Shown in pieces: positions 38,061 to 52,720 of a DNA stretch of 64,000 nucleotides. Each line of letters opens with the position of its first letter. Position 1 is the first letter of the stretch. Source of the stretch: Octopus vulgaris (taxonomy: Eukaryota); assembly GCA_951406725.2 (NCBI GenBank), contig OX597820.1, positions 46,500,001 through 46,564,000 on the forward strand, in the 5' to 3' direction. A program made the translations under genes and the position numbers. The notes under the pieces are model-generated. The model did not search any database, was not told the origin of the DNA, and saw only the letters and a program-made list of their open reading frames with translations.

Positions 38061-38965
38061 CTAGCAGTATCGCCCGGCGTTGCTCGGGTTTGTAAGGGCA
38101 ATAACTATATAAGCATTTTTAGTGAGTTATAGCAAAAAAATAGCAAAAAAATGCATTAAAAATGGAATAAAAAATTATGGTAATTTTTTTTTAAATCGTT
38201 GACTCATCGTAGACATTTTTAGAGAGTTACTTCCCTTATATAATAGCGAAAAATGCATTAAAATGGAAAAAATGATGGTAATTTTTTTAAATCGTAGACT
38301 CATCGTAGACGCGCGCTAATACCCAGAAGGGCTCGATATGAATCACGACTATAAGATACCCGGTTTTTGTTAAACTGCACCGCAAAATGTGGGAGTAGTT
38401 AGGAATCTAAATCGTAGGAGACAGACACACAACCTCACTTTTATATATAAAGATTTGTGCAACAACTAAAACATTCGGTTGTGCAAATTGTTTGCACAGG
38501 AAACCTGCCCTGTGTGGCAGTTTTTGCCGTTTTTGTGGATCTGTTTCAGCTTTATTAGTGATTTCTGTTTTGGCGACTTCAAGCCATGAAGTCGTTGTTC
38601 TAAAAGAACACTGGTCTCCTTGACAACGCTTTACGACGTTGATTTCCCTACCCTGCCTTCCCCACAGCTTCATGAGGGAGGGAAGAAGGGGGAGAAGCAA
38701 CACAGGTGCAGGTGTGAGCATGGACGCCAACTCCGCCGCCATCGACACACGAAAAAATTGGAAGAAATGGAAAAAAATGATGTTAAATTATTTTTTAAAT
38801 CGTAGACTCATCGTAGACGCGCGCTAATACCCAGACGGGCTCGATATGAATCACGACTATAAGATACCCGAATTTGGTTAAACTGCACTGCAAAATGTGG
38901 GAGTAGTTAGGAATCTAAATTGTAGGAGACAGACACTCACACAACTTCACTTTTATATATATAGA
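38061..38965 (-). mobile_element. Non-autonomous Helitron, short family, in a DNAH3 intron
   Basis: A|TC...hairpin-CTAG|T on -, no TSD. Internal duplicated 5'-end module near 38450. Confidence 0.82.
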
Positions 38966-38981
38966 TTTATCTCTCTTTTTG

Positions 38982-39032
<51 letters not shown>

Positions 39033-39069
39033 TGGTGATGATGATGATGAAATAATAATAATAATAATG

Positions 39070-39107
<38 letters not shown>

Positions 39108-39109
39108 CA

Positions 39110-40560
39110 GCATCATCCTCATCATCATCATTGTCGCTTAACGTCCGCTTTCCATACTAGCATGGGTTGGACAGTTTGACTGAGAACTGGCAAGCCAGAA
39201 GGCTGCACCAGGCTCCAATCTGATCTGGCAATATTTCTACAGCTGGATGCCCTTCCTAATGCCAACCACTCTGAGAGTGTAGTGGGTGCAATTTATATGC
39301 CACCGGCACGAGGGCCAGTCAAGTGGTACTGGCATCAACCATGCTTGAATGGTGCTTTTTACATGCCACCAGCATGAGAGCCAGTCAGGCAGCACTGAGA
39401 ATGACCACATTCGAATATTGCTTTTTATGTGCCACCAGCACAGGACCAGTCAGCCAGCACTGGCATTGACCCACTCGAATGGTGCTTTTTACATGCCACC
39501 AACACAGGTGCCAATCAGGCAGTACTGGCATCAGCCACGACAATAACTTCACTTGACTCAACAGGCCTTTGCAAGTACATTTAATTGCGCAATGATTAAA
39601 GGGTACTCTTAAATGGGCCGGTTATGCTGCACTGGCATAGGACATAGTTATGGTCTCACTTGGCTTGCTGGATCTTCTCAAGCACAGCATATCTCCAAAG
39701 GTCTTGGTCACATGTCATCGCTTCTGTGAGACCCAACGCTCAAAGGTCGTGCTTCACTACCTCATCCTAGGTCTTCCTGGGTCTACCTCTTCCACAGGTT
39801 CCCTCTACTGCTAGGGTGTGACACTTTTTCACACAGCTGTCCTCATCCATATGCAACACATGACCATACCAGCATAGTCATATCTCTTGCACACCACATC
39901 TGATGCTTCTTATGTCCAACTTTTCTCTCAGGGCACTTACACTCTGTCGTGTATACACATTGACATTACACATCCAGTGGAGCATACTGGCTTCATTCCT
40001 TGCAAGCTTACGCATGACCTCAGCAGTCACAGCTCATATTTCACTGCCATGTAGCATGGCTGTTCACACACATGCATCATACAGTCTACCTTTTACTCTG
40101 AGCGAGAGGCCCTTTGTCACCAGCAAAGGTAGGAGCTCTCTGAACTTTGCCCAGGCTATTCTTATTCTAGCAGTTACACGCTCAGAACATCCACCCCACT
40201 ACTGACTTAGTCACTTAGGTACTGGAAGCCATCAAATACTTGTAGTTTTTCCCTCTGGAAGCTGTTTTCTGCACATTTTCAGAGGAGAAGTTTTCAGGTG
40301 TGGAAGCAAGGTCTAGAATTGAAGGGCCTTAGAGTCAATCTAGGAAAAACCAAAGTTTTAATAAGTAGGAAGGCAGACAAATCACAAATCAGTTCAGGTA
40401 GATGGTCCTGCTTGATCTGTAGAAAAGGCATAGGTAGAAACTCCATAAGATGTACCTGGTGTAAGCTATGGATACATGAGGTACAGCAATATCAAAGGAA
40501 GGCTAACTGGGAAGATAGTTTTTGTGTGTGGCAAATACTCAGGGGCAATAAACACTGAAA
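39110..40560 (-). mobile_element. RTE-clade LINE 3' portion with an inverted 5' segment (40282-40560 on +)
   Basis: WYGHVLHMDEDSCVKKC...GRGRPRKT on -, with a (GAT)n tail. WKQGLELKGLRVNLGKTKVL on +. Confidence 0.75.
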
Positions 40561-40579
40561 TAATTTTTTTCAATTTTCT

Positions 40580-40760
40580 TTACACCCTGTTGACTTGTTT
40601 TTTTAGGTAAGATAAAATTGCCATATTTTTCATATTCTGAAGGACCTACTTTCCATAACAGTAGTCTCACATTTTCCTCATCTGTCCAACACTTGCATTC
40701 TTCCTTGAAAATTTTTGCACATCTTCTGAAGTACGCAAAAAAATTTATACCCTCTTCTAG
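40580..40760 (-). mobile_element. Gypsy gag-like relic
   Basis: WTDEENVRLLLWKVGPSEYEKYGNFILPKK resembles the KVRLLLRKL...KY.N.ILP motif of invertebrate Gypsy Gag N-termini. Confidence 0.45.
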
Positions 40761-42256
40761 CAAGATTTGAATGCAGAATGTGAAGAGTTGGAAAAAATGG
40801 TGACGACATCTGTAATGGTGACGACATCTGTCTTCACCTCGTCATTGTCATCATCATCATAATTATTATTTTCATTGATTGTGACAAAAAACAATACTGA
40901 TGACAATGACAATAATAATGAGATCCTAGATATATCCAAGACCACACCTTTACAGTTGTGGTGGGGGCTACAATCAAATATCACCAACCTCAAAATAATG
41001 AAAAGTAAAGTAAGCCTTAGCAGGATTTGAACTCAAACCAAGGAGACATACTGTATTTGATGATATATAAGACACTGATTTTACCAAAGAATGTCTCAAA
41101 AAATTACCCCAGGTTCCATATGAAAAGTTACTTTAAATATTATATGCTTTGATGTGCTAAAAAACTTTTTCCTGAATATGCACTGCTGAAATTGAGATGC
41201 ATCAGATATTCCTGTGCATCATTTATGCTATCGGTTACAGTACTTGCAAAGTATTTTATCTGGTACTCTACAAAGTTTGCTTCTGTGGTACTTTTGTAAG
41301 GAGAATGATTATTTCTCATATGAGCAAAAGGGCAGAAATTTTAGGCAGGATTTAGTCAATTATATCAGTACTATTACTTCACTGATACTTTATTTAATCA
41401 TGAAGGAAAGGTAACAAATGCACTTGGTGGGATTTAAACTCAGAATATAAAGAAACAAAACAAACATCACAAGGCATTTTGTGCAAAGCTCTAATAATTC
41501 TGCCAATTGATCTGGCAAAACAGTTGTGAAGCAAGAATGTGTGCCACTCAGGGCAACCTTTGAATTTGCCAGCTCCCTCTCCCCTTAACTGATCCTTTTA
41601 CAGGCTTATGCAGCAGACACAAAAGAATCCCTCCCACCACCACCACCACCTTAAATCCTAACTTTGAATGGACCCGCACTTCCACCCACTGCTCCTCTCC
41701 CTAGCTCCACTACTGTCTACTGCAATAGTGAGTTACAGAAGTTAATTAACAAGACCATTAATATTATCCTCCTACTACAAATTAACTTTCTCTTTCCACT
41801 TCTCAGTAACTTAGTTTTTTAAAACATATTAACCCCACTCTCTTCGAAAGTTTACCTCTCTCCTCATGACTAGCACAGCTAGAGTATGTGCTGTTTGAGG
41901 CGGCCCTTTCATTTGCCGTCCTCGAACCCCACAAAAAACATATATTGTCTACAGCAGACCCAAAAGTTGTGCCCCTTTAAAAGTGCCACCCTGGGTAGAC
42001 AGCCCCTATGGTCCCCCACTCCAAGCTATTTCTTTTTTATTTCTTTTTTACTTGTTTCAGTCATTTCATTGCAGTCATGCTGGGGCACCTTCTCAAAGGG
42101 TTTTAGTCGAACAGATCAACCCCAAGACTCTCTTTTTAAAGCCTAGTACTTTTTATATCAATCTGTTATGCCAAACTGTTAAGTTACAGGGACATAAATA
42201 CACCAACACCAGTTGTCAAGCAGTAGTAGGAGACAAACACAGACACACAAACACAC

Positions 42257-42297
<41 letters not shown>

Positions 42298-42690
42298 CAT
42301 ACATACATACATACATACATACATACATACATACATACATACATACATACATACATACATACATACATACATACATACATACATACATACATACATACAT
42401 ACATACATACATACATACATACATACATACATACATACATACATACATACATACATACATACATACATACATACATACATACATACATAGATAGATAGAT
42501 AGATAGATAGATACATACATACATACATACATACATACATACATACATACATACATACATACATACATACATACATACATACATACATACATACATACAT
42601 ACATACATACATACATACATACATACATACATACATACATACATACATACATACATACATACATACATACATACATACATACATACATAC
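42257..42690. repeat. Long compound (AGAT)n/(ACAT)n microsatellite inside a SINE
   Basis: Seen directly. Confidence 0.95.
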
Positions 42691-44130
42691 TTCTTTCAGT
42701 TTCCATCTATCAAATCCTCTTACAAAGCTCTGGTCAGCATGAGGCTATAGTAAAAGACACTTGCCCAAAGTGCCACACAGTGGAACTGAACCTGGAACTA
42801 TGTGGTTGAGAAGCAAGTTTCTTACCACACAGCTATGCCTGTGTGATTTTTACATATTAAAAAAAAATATCTGATGAATTACAAATCAGCTGTCTGCATC
42901 ATTATTATTCTTTCTAATCTGGGCACAAAGCCAGTAATTTTGAAGGGAAGGGGAAAATCAATTACGTTGACCCCAGTATTTGACTAGTACTTTATTTTCA
43001 TCAGCCCCAAAAGGATTAAAGCTAATTTGACCTTGGCAAGATTTGAACTCAGAATATGAGTCAGAAGTAATACTGCTCAGCATTTTATCTGGCATGATAA
43101 TGACTCCGCCAGCTTGGCACCTCCTGCTCCATTATAATAAAGCAGAAAAGGATTCACAGTTCCTTACCGCTATTCAAACAGAACACCAATCCCACAAACC
43201 TGAAAAGACCTACAAAGATTATATGTATTGCAGCTCCTCTCACTAATTTTATAAAATATTATTTTATTATTCTTAATAGCCATTGGATCATTAAGCACTT
43301 GAGCAAATTCAACATGGGCATGGGTGCACAGTTAAGAAGCTCGCTTGGCAACACTATGGTTTTAGGTTCAGTCTTCTTGCATGGCACCTTGGGCAATTTA
43401 TTTGTTGTTTTCTACTATAGCTCTAGGCTGACCAATGCTTTGTAGACAGAAATTGTAAGGAAGCCTATCATGTGTATGTGAGTGTGTGTGTGTTTGTATG
43501 TATACTCTCTTTTATTCTTTTATTTGTTTCAGTCATTTGACTGTGGTCATGCTGGAGCACCGCCTTTAGTCAAGCAAATCGACCCCAGGACTTATTCTTT
43601 GTAAGCCCAGTACATATTCTATCGGTCTCTTTTGCCCAACTGCTAAGTTACAGGGACGTAAACACACCAGCATCAGTTGTCAAGTGATGTTGGGGGGACA
43701 GACACAGAGACACAAACATATACACACACATACACATATATATATATACATATATACGACAGGCTTCTTTCAGTTTCCGTCTACCAAATCCACTCACAAG
43801 GCTTTGGTCAGCCCAAGGCTATATTAGAAAACACTTGCCCAAGGTGCCATGCAATGGAACTGAACCCAGAACCATGTATGTACGTATGTGTATATGTGTG
43901 TGTCTTTGTGTTGTGTTTGTCCCCCACCACTGCTTGACAACCAGTGCTGGTTTGTTTACATCCCCCATAACTTAGTAGTTTGGCCAAAGGAGCTTTGGGA
44001 ATAAGCTCCAGACTCAAAAAATAAGTATTAGGGTCAATTTGTTCAACTATACTCTTCAAAGCTGTGCTCCAGCATGACCACAATCCAATGGCTGATACAA
44101 GTAGGAGACAAAAGTTAAAAAACCTCTTAC

Positions 44131-44219
44131 CTGTGAGGAAGGACTGGGTGAAGTAGAAACCAGAAATCCAGAATGTTGTTGGTGGGCCCTTCTCAATCCA
44201 ATCCTGGAAGAATTTCAAC
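44131..44219 (-). CDS. DNAH3: DNAH3-like exon
   Basis: [30 protein letters not shown]; phase 2/1. Confidence 0.92.
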
Positions 44220-46488
44220 CTAGAGAAGAATGAACGTGTAGTTTGAATGTCCTTCGGAAATGTCCATAACTTTTCATGTCTGATATAATCCTAGACTTTA
44301 GTATGAATCTAGTCCATCTTCAGTGTAAAGTATTAGTATTAGCAAAGTTTTAGTATTGCACCAAACTCTTAGAAAACAAAACACTCTTAGATCAATGCAG
44401 AGGAGAGCAAAATCAATAAATACAGAAGCCTGGGCAGCTGTTATCAGTTTGTGCCAGTCACCGGTGTTATAGGACCCCATACTACTGATTTCCTCCACAA
44501 AATATGGAATGGTAGCCCATTGGAGAAATACGAGGGGGTGCTGAAAAGTCCCTGGTTTTCAGTAAAAGAAAATACAGGAGAATCAGTTAATTATGGTTTT
44601 ATTTAATGTATCCCTCTCTCAGATTCACACACTTTTTGCAGTGGTCCTTTAGTTTTTCTAAGCCCTGTAAAAGAACTCAGAAGTTTGGGCCTCCAACCAG
44701 GCTTTTCACAATACCCTTAAAGCCAGGACCTTTGCAGAACCACCTTGCTTGTATGCAAGGTAAAAGAAAATACAGAAGAATCAGTTAATTATGATTTTAG
44801 TCAACATATTCCATTCTGAGATTCATGCACTTATTGAACTCAGAAAGTGAGTCTCCAAACAGGCCTTTCATGAAACCCTTAAAGCCAGGAACTTTTCAGC
44901 ACTTCTTCATAAGGTGGAGTGAGTGGCTGCTGCAGCAATTATTGTTGGCCATTCTCCATGGTAACACCGTTGCAGTTACAACCACAGGGCGCAGCTAAAC
45001 ACCCTATTTGTTCTGACACATGCGGCCCATCACCCCTTTCCCTTCCATCTTCCACTGCTTTACACCTACCACTTTTTCTTTTCCTTTTCTTTCTTTTCCT
45101 TTTTTATCTTTCTTCTCTCCGGTTCCTTTGTATTTAAATGTTCTTATAAAGTAAAGATGTCAATACCAGAATATGACTGGTGCTAATTTACTGGTCTCCT
45201 AAAAATTGGTTCTCTCTAGTTCTCTCTGGTCCTCACTGCTATCAGCAGACATCCATATTTTCCAGCATACAAGTCAGCATAGTGTAAACATGTAGTGTAA
45301 ATATTCAAACATCTTCACTATCTTTCCAACTCCTGCTACATTTCACATGGAATTTTTTACTCTCCATAGTTGTCTTGGTATATAAGTTGACCTACCGCTT
45401 TTGGCTGAAAACTTTGGTCGGAAAAATATCCCTTATATGCCAGAAAATACAGTATAGTGTATCTTAAAGTTTGGCTTTAAAATTGGAAATACTGTAGAAA
45501 TAATTATTTCAAATTTTGGTACAAGGCCAACAATTTGTGTGGAGGAGGTAAATTGATTATATCAATCCAAGTATTTAACTGGTACTTACTTATCAACCCC
45601 CAAAAGTGATGAGAGGTAAATTGGCCTTGATGGAACTTGAACTTAGAACATGAACTTGAACTTAGAACATGAAGATTAACAAAATACTGCTAAGCATTTC
45701 ATTCAGCATGCCAACAATTCTGCCAGCTTGCTGTCTTAAGTACTGTAGAAATATTGGAATTCTACCAATGAAAGTGTCAACTGTACACTGGCTGACACTA
45801 CAAATCTCTACCATTAATTGTATCAATGTACACTGATTGTAGAGATGTCCACCACTACCAATGGTATCATCTGTTCACTGTCTGTACACACGTCTACCAC
45901 AAACAGTGATAGATATGTGTACATTAACATTGTTATCTGTACATAGGCTGTCCAGATGTTTGCCACTAGCACTGTCGTCTTTACATTGACTGTACAAATG
46001 GGTACCACCACCAGTGTCATATGTATACTGACTGTACACTGATGTTGACCACAAGGTGTGTCATCTGTTAAACAAAGAGAAAGAAAATAAAGAACAGTAG
46101 GAGAGAAAGAGGCAGACAGGAAGAGACAGCATAGTAGACAAACAGAGAAACACAGAATGAGACATGGGTACATAGAATAAAAAATAAAGTGAGAGAGAGA
46201 AAGTGAAAAAGAAAATAAGATGACAAGAAACAAAAAGCTAGAGGCATGGAGAGAGAGAGATCAGATGACAGGAAAGGTTGAGAGAGAGAGAGACTGAGAG
46301 AAAAAAAGAGAGAAAGAGAGTGGGTGGGGTGAATGATAGTAAGATTGAGGGAATAAGAGACAGAATAAGAAATCAGTTTTTAGCAACAGTATAAGAGAAA
46401 GGCAAAGGGAAAGAAAGAAAAAAGGAAGGAATACAAGGATGAGAAAAATAATATAATGCATAAATCTAAAAGGTAGGTGACACATTAC

Positions 46489-46754
46489 CTTGCTAAATAA
46501 TCATTAATATAGCTGCCTAATGGCTTGAGAGAGGGGTAGGACTTTGCTGCCCATGCGGAAGGAACACGACCAACCAACATACTGGAGAAAACTTCTTCTA
46601 AGCTGGCAGACATCACTACAAGACCTTTGATGGCTTTGCACAAACTCTTAAGAGTCTCTCGCACTACTGAAGTTAGTCTGTTGAAGCGGATCAATTCTTG
46701 CCGAAGAACTGTGTTCATTGATTCTGTATACAACACTGGATATTTTTGTATCAC
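46489..46754 (-). CDS. DNAH3: DNAH3-like exon
   Basis: [23 protein letters not shown]...[15 protein letters not shown]...; phase 0/2. Confidence 0.92.
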
Positions 46755-47182
46755 CTGAGTTTGTGGTGGCAGAGAGAAAAAGAAAAGATTAGAATAACTT
46801 CATTTGGTATTTCCATGTTAAGAAGGATCGGATTCTTACAGAAAATATATTACATTGTCAAGGAAAAACCACAAAATCAATTAAAAACTACTCAAAATAT
46901 ATTTGTTTTCAATATTTCAAGGATTGAAGAGAGTGTAGATACAAACATACACGCATACACACATGCAATAAATGTTTCCAATATAGAAACAAGCACAAGA
47001 CCAGTAATTTTAAGAGGAAGTGTTGATCAAGTGTTGACCCCAGTACCTGACTAGTATTTTATTTTATTGGCCCTAGAAGAATGAAGGACAAAGTTAAGTT
47101 CAGTGGGATTTGAACTCAAGACATAAAGAGCAGGAAAAAATACTGCAAGGCATTTTACTGAGCACTTTAACCATTCAACCAA

Positions 47183-47258
<76 letters not shown>

Positions 47259-48965
47259 TAAAACAGGGAGTTTGTCTTGCTACTCAAGTTTCATGCCACT
47301 GCAATCTTAAGGTGAGAATTGTTACAATTCAGTACTAATGGTGTATTTATATCCTTTGGTATGTGTTTGTAGTCAGGTGCTTATCAAAGATGTTTATACC
47401 AGTTAGAAAATATATAGTGAGAAGGAATCCTCTTGGAGTATTCCTCTTCTAATAAGAATGGGTTTCTTTTTATCATTCCTGTTTGTACCTGCAGAATTGT
47501 TTGTCATTTATGCATGACGTTTGCTAAACATGCTTGTTTTTAGTATTATCTTATTGATGGCTAGTGTTTCAAGAATGAGGGTATGGAACACTCGGAAGTA
47601 TTATGGTAATCAATCCGTGCTTTGCTTACATCCTTGCTTATCCTTTGTAAGTCTTTGGTTAGAATTTTCTTTATCAGTAATTTGATCTTTACAACCAAGT
47701 CTTAGCAGAAACTTATCCTTTGCAGTTCCCCATCTGGCCAGACAAGATAATCTATTCTTCTGTGAAAGGGATGCATTTCACTTGTCAGGAATCCCATCTG
47801 TTGCTAGCATCCTTTAGAAGATGTGCTTTGTAAGCTATAGTTGTTGGTGTGCAGGTGTGCTGAGGCTGTACCACCATCAGGTTTTCCAGTAAGGTGAACA
47901 GGTATAGTCATTATTTTTAAGATACACTTTCAGCAGTTTGTCTCTTTGACAGAGTTGCAGTCCTAGGTCAAGAAATGACAAAGATTGGGTGTCTCCATCT
48001 GAAATGTTGTCAGTTAATGAAGTTCCCCTTTAGAAGTTTAGTAGAGGAGGTAAGAGTGATGATGTTTTTGAGGAAGCTCTAGGCATTGACAAAGATGAAC
48101 TGACTGGTCTGTTTCAGAGGACTTTTGAGCAGGGGTCTACTACAGATAGCTTTCAGAAATCTTTGGCCTCGAAGTGCTACCGAGGAACACTACTAGTTCG
48201 ATATGAACTCTGCAAATATAGAATTGCTACCAGGCAGGACTTCCCAAAAGGCACACAGAGTGACAAAACTGTAGTACAAGCTCTTATGCAGTATGTAGTA
48301 TCTGAGCATTACTGATTTGTAGAGTCAAACAGAAGTTGTCACATGTAGGATTGATCCTGCTGTCAGCTGAGTTCAATGTGAAAATCATCATCCTTCTTTA
48401 ACATGGCTGAGCAGGCAGTGTTCCACTCTCTAACAGCAAAAGAGGTTGTGTGGTGGATTGATGAGGTAAACACCTTTTACCTCATCAACTTTTCAGGTTC
48501 CACTTGGAACAAAAAGTGAGGATGGAGAGGGAACTGCTGTACTCCAGTGGTTTTGTCAAAAGGTGGGTGACTGTGATAACAACGGTTAAGTTGAATGGAA
48601 TTATTCTATGTGCCTGCTTATAGATACGAAAAATAACATTTCGATGAGAGCTCAGAGTGATCTTGGATCCATAAAGTTCCTTGGCATGCCTTAGTCAGAG
48701 GCACTCTTTTATTAGGAGGACTGCATCATCCATATATTCACATATTTTGCATATTATGTATACTTTTATCACATTTTCCCCTCCTTCCTCTCTGTTTACA
48801 CCCTCACCATTTTTATATAAAGCCTCACACAAACTATAGCCTGTTCTTATAGTGTTTCCTTCACTGAGTGCCCCTGTGGAAAATGAAAGAAATTGTTGTT
48901 GTTATTATTGTTATCATTATCATCGTGAAAAGAAGAATGCTCTGCATTTTAAATGTGACTATTAC

Positions 48966-49094
48966 CATTTCCATGTCATAATTTTCTGGAAGTTTCTGAA
49001 GAATATCTGTTGCCAACTCTTGAATTACCTCTCCTGACGATTTGCCTGCAGCAGATGTAACACGAGGAAGGGTCAAAAGAATTCCATTGAAAAG
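48966..49094 (-). CDS. DNAH3: DNAH3-like exon
   Basis: LFNGILLTLPRVTSAAGKSSGEVIQELATDILQKLPENYDMEM; phase 0/0. Confidence 0.9.
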
Positions 49095-50103
49095 CTGCAA
49101 CAGACAAAAAGGAAAAGGAATTGGAAGCTAACAATGGAATTCTGGGAATAAGTACAACAGACGGAACTGAAATACACATACACTATTCATAAATAACACA
49201 CTATAGTGTTATATATTCAAGGGCTTCTGTCAATCAAAGTTTACCATACATCAACACATGTATACACAGGCCTGGGTATGATTGTTTTCTTTTTAGACAG
49301 ACTAGCAATTGCCCATGCATGCAATTCTTCTCTCTACATGCCATTGATGTATAACAGAAGTGCTATCAATACAGCCATAACTGTCGGAAGGCAAAGATCC
49401 AGAACAAGTAACCCAAGGCTCCTTATTTGACATTCTAACAATTCTAGCAATCCACTGCCTTGGATTGGTATTTCTTTCGTTTATCAACCCTGAAAGGATA
49501 AAAGGCAAAGCAGGCTTCAGCAGGATTTGAAAGGGAACCACAGTCTTGAAACAAATACCTATTTCTTTACTACCTACAAGGGGCTAAACACAGAGGAGAC
49601 AAACAAGGACAGACAGACGGATTAAGTCGATTATATCAACCCAGTGCGTAACTGGTACTTTATTTATCGAGCCTGAAAGTCGACCTCGGCGGAATTTGAA
49701 CTGGGAACGTAAAAGACAGACGAAATACCGCTAAGCATGTCACCCGGTGCTCTAACGTTTCTGCCAGCTCACCGCCTTACAAATACCACAATGCGTTTTA
49801 TCCAATGCACCATCCAGTTCAGTCTTTGTTGTGGTATGATGGCTTGTGCACTCAATGACTCTGAGAACTATGCCAGTAGAGTGCAAGCTCCTTTTAAGGC
49901 CTCCCTTACTGGACAAGTCAAAGGATAGAGACCACCTCACTATGATGATCATCATCCAGGTCATTATCTCCACCAATACAACAGTTGCACTCATCATCAA
50001 AGTTATTGGTTATTATCACCACCAACTCAACTACTACCACCAAAACCACCACCACCACTACTATTACCACAGTCCTCGCTACAATCCGAAATGTCTATCT
50101 TAC

Positions 50104-50257
50104 CTCCTGTGTTTCACTGTTGTCCTTGGTGATGTCTGCATTCTCATGAAGTCCAAACACTTCAGGTGATGTAATGATGGGAAAACCTTTGATGTACTTC
50201 ACATAATCATCATAGTCACTTTCAGGTGGTGTGTAGTAGATACCTGACTGAGAAAAT
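50104..50257 (-). CDS. DNAH3: DNAH3-like exon (absent from the ORF track)
   Basis: Translated by hand: FSQSGIYYTPPESDYDDYVKYIKGFPIITSPEVFGLHENADITKDNSETQE; phase 2/0. Confidence 0.9.
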
Positions 50258-51402
50258 CTAACACACAAACATATATATATATATATATTATAGAATAACC
50301 TGGCTGTTTGATTAATTATGTTGCATATGTGTGTGAATGCATGTATGTATATATTCTTGCATACATGTATGTTTCCTTATATGTATTTGTATGTATGTGT
50401 ATATAGTTGTGCTAATGTTCATGTGTATAATTGTGTATATGTAGATGTGCCTGCACATATATTTGTCTATACTTATGTGTTTTTATATCTATCTATCAGT
50501 TTATGTATATATATACGCATACACATGCTACATACATACATACATACACACATACACACATGCACACACATACATACACACACATACACATACATACATA
50601 CATACATATACTCTTTACTCTTTAACTCTTTTACTTGTTTCAGTCATTTGACTGTGGCCATGCTGGAGCACCACCTTTTAATCAAGCAAATCGACTCCAG
50701 GACTTATTCTTCGTAAGCCTAGTACTTATTCTATCAGTCTCTTTTGCTGAACCACTAAGTTACGGGCACGTAAACACACCAGCATTAGTTGTCAAGTGAT
50801 GTTGTGGGGACAAACACAAACACACAAACATATACACACACACATACATATATATACATATATATATATATATATACGATGGGCTTCTTTCAGTTTCCAT
50901 CTCCCAAATCCACTCACAAGGCTTTGGTCGACCCGAGGCTATAGTAGAAGACACTTGCCCAAGGTGCTACGCAGTGGGACTGAATCTGGAACCATGTGGT
51001 TCGTAAGTAAGCTACTTACCACACAGCCACTCCTACACCTACATATAAATGTGTAAATAATTGCACATTGTTCTTTTACATGCAGAAAGCAGATACCAAT
51101 CTATACATCCATCACGGGAACTTTACCTCTCCAAATTTGTTTTAAAATTTTAGGGCTGTCACCATTGGTGTTTGAAAAGTAGGTTAGCATAGATTGTAAG
51201 AGAGCTGGAATGGAGGCAAGTAGAAGTCTACTGCATTCAAGAAGCAAGATGAAGGGGAGACTCCTCACAAGCAAGAAACAAGTGTAATACCTTGGCCAAG
51301 GGTCTTCTTCTATAACCCCAAGCTGATCAAAGCCTTGTGAGTAGATTTGGTAGACAAAACCTGAAAGAAACTTGGCATAAACACACACACACACACGCGC
51401 GC

Positions 51403-51454
<52 letters not shown>

Positions 51455-51856
51455 GGGCATCCAGTTGCTGAAACTATGCCAAAACAGAAAAGCAGAAGTT
51501 GGTTTAGTCTTCTGACTTGTCTGTTCCTGTTAAACCACCCAATGCAATAGAAAATGGACATTAAATGATGACGATGATGATGATGATGAAGGTGATGACG
51601 ATGATGACAGTATATGTGTATGTAATTACGTGTATGTTTCAGTGTACCCTTGTCTTGACATCAAGTGATGGCTGTAAACAAGCATCACCATTATACATGC
51701 AGTGTTGTTTACTGCCAGTCTTTTATGGAAAACTCATTTACACACACATACATACATATATATATATATATATTACATAAATACACACTGTACACAGACA
51801 AACATGCTATCTATACAGGTATAAACTCATAAAGAAGATAAATAGAGTGCACATAC

Positions 51857-52020
51857 TGATAGTTTGACTCAGTGGCAATTTCATAGTTCAGGAAGTTGGA
51901 CAACATTGACATCAAAAGACGACGGTCCTTGTCATCTGTGACACGACCACCATAATTACAGTGGCCAGTCAAATAGGTCAGTGCTGCAATGGGCAGGTGC
52001 TCATAATCATTTAGGAACAT
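51857..52020 (-). CDS. DNAH3: DNAH3-like exon
   Basis: MFLNDYEHLPIAALTYLTGHCNYGGRVTDDKDRRLL...; phase 0/2. Confidence 0.9.
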
Positions 52021-52224
52021 CTGGTGAACACAACAATAATTATATAGTTAGAATAGCATAGTGGGAAAGCTAACATATGCAAAACATATGAATATCTAAC
52101 ACATGTCTCAAAAGTAATGCATAAACAAGAATAATTTAGGTGATTCTACCAATATGTATTGGTAGAGTAATTCTTCATTTATAGAAGCCTTTCTTTCTTT
52201 TCTTCTTCACTGCAGCAAATACTG

Positions 52225-52720
52225 GGTTTCAGGCAGAAGCAGTGAACCATCATTGAGTTGTTGATGAAGGAGTGGTGCAAGCTGTCTGACATCTACAGAA
52301 GGCAACAAAGTTATTTACAGAGACAGTGTCATTGACAAGAGTAATGTGCACAGATGGATGAAGAATTATCCAAAAGAAGAAACTAGCATTGAAGACAAAC
52401 CACACAGTGGGAGACCCCAATTACAAAAGCTGGCACAAATTGTCAGCAAATTGCCATGTTTGCAGGCACAATTGCCAGCTAACATGGATAGATGAGTCAT
52501 CATCCACAAGCTTGCTGCATCAGTGGACTATGGTTAGTCCATTGCAGAAGATGGTGAAAGACTCTGTTATCAGAAAGTGTGCCCAAAGTGAGTACCTCAG
52601 TAGATGATTTGAAGAAGAAAAGGCTGAAAGACTACTCTGGTCTACTGAAAGTGTTAAGTCAATAAAGACACGTTTTATTTCTGATCTGGTGACAGGGGAT
52701 GAAACATGAGCATATCCTGG
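52225..52720 (+). mobile_element. Highly decayed mariner transposase relic
   Basis: IEDKPHSGRP-like and LVTGDET segments in broken frames. Confidence 0.55.

Noticed and set aside
39290-39540. Repeats with spacer-like variation resembling a CRISPR array
   Set aside because: Degenerate tandem repeats in the 3' UTR of an RTE LINE (similar at 53750-53960); eukaryotic context, no cas genes.
47330-48700. Possible decayed Penelope RT on - (SLSFLDL-like segment near 47970-47990)
   Set aside because: Too degraded to support by eye; needs a translated HMM search.
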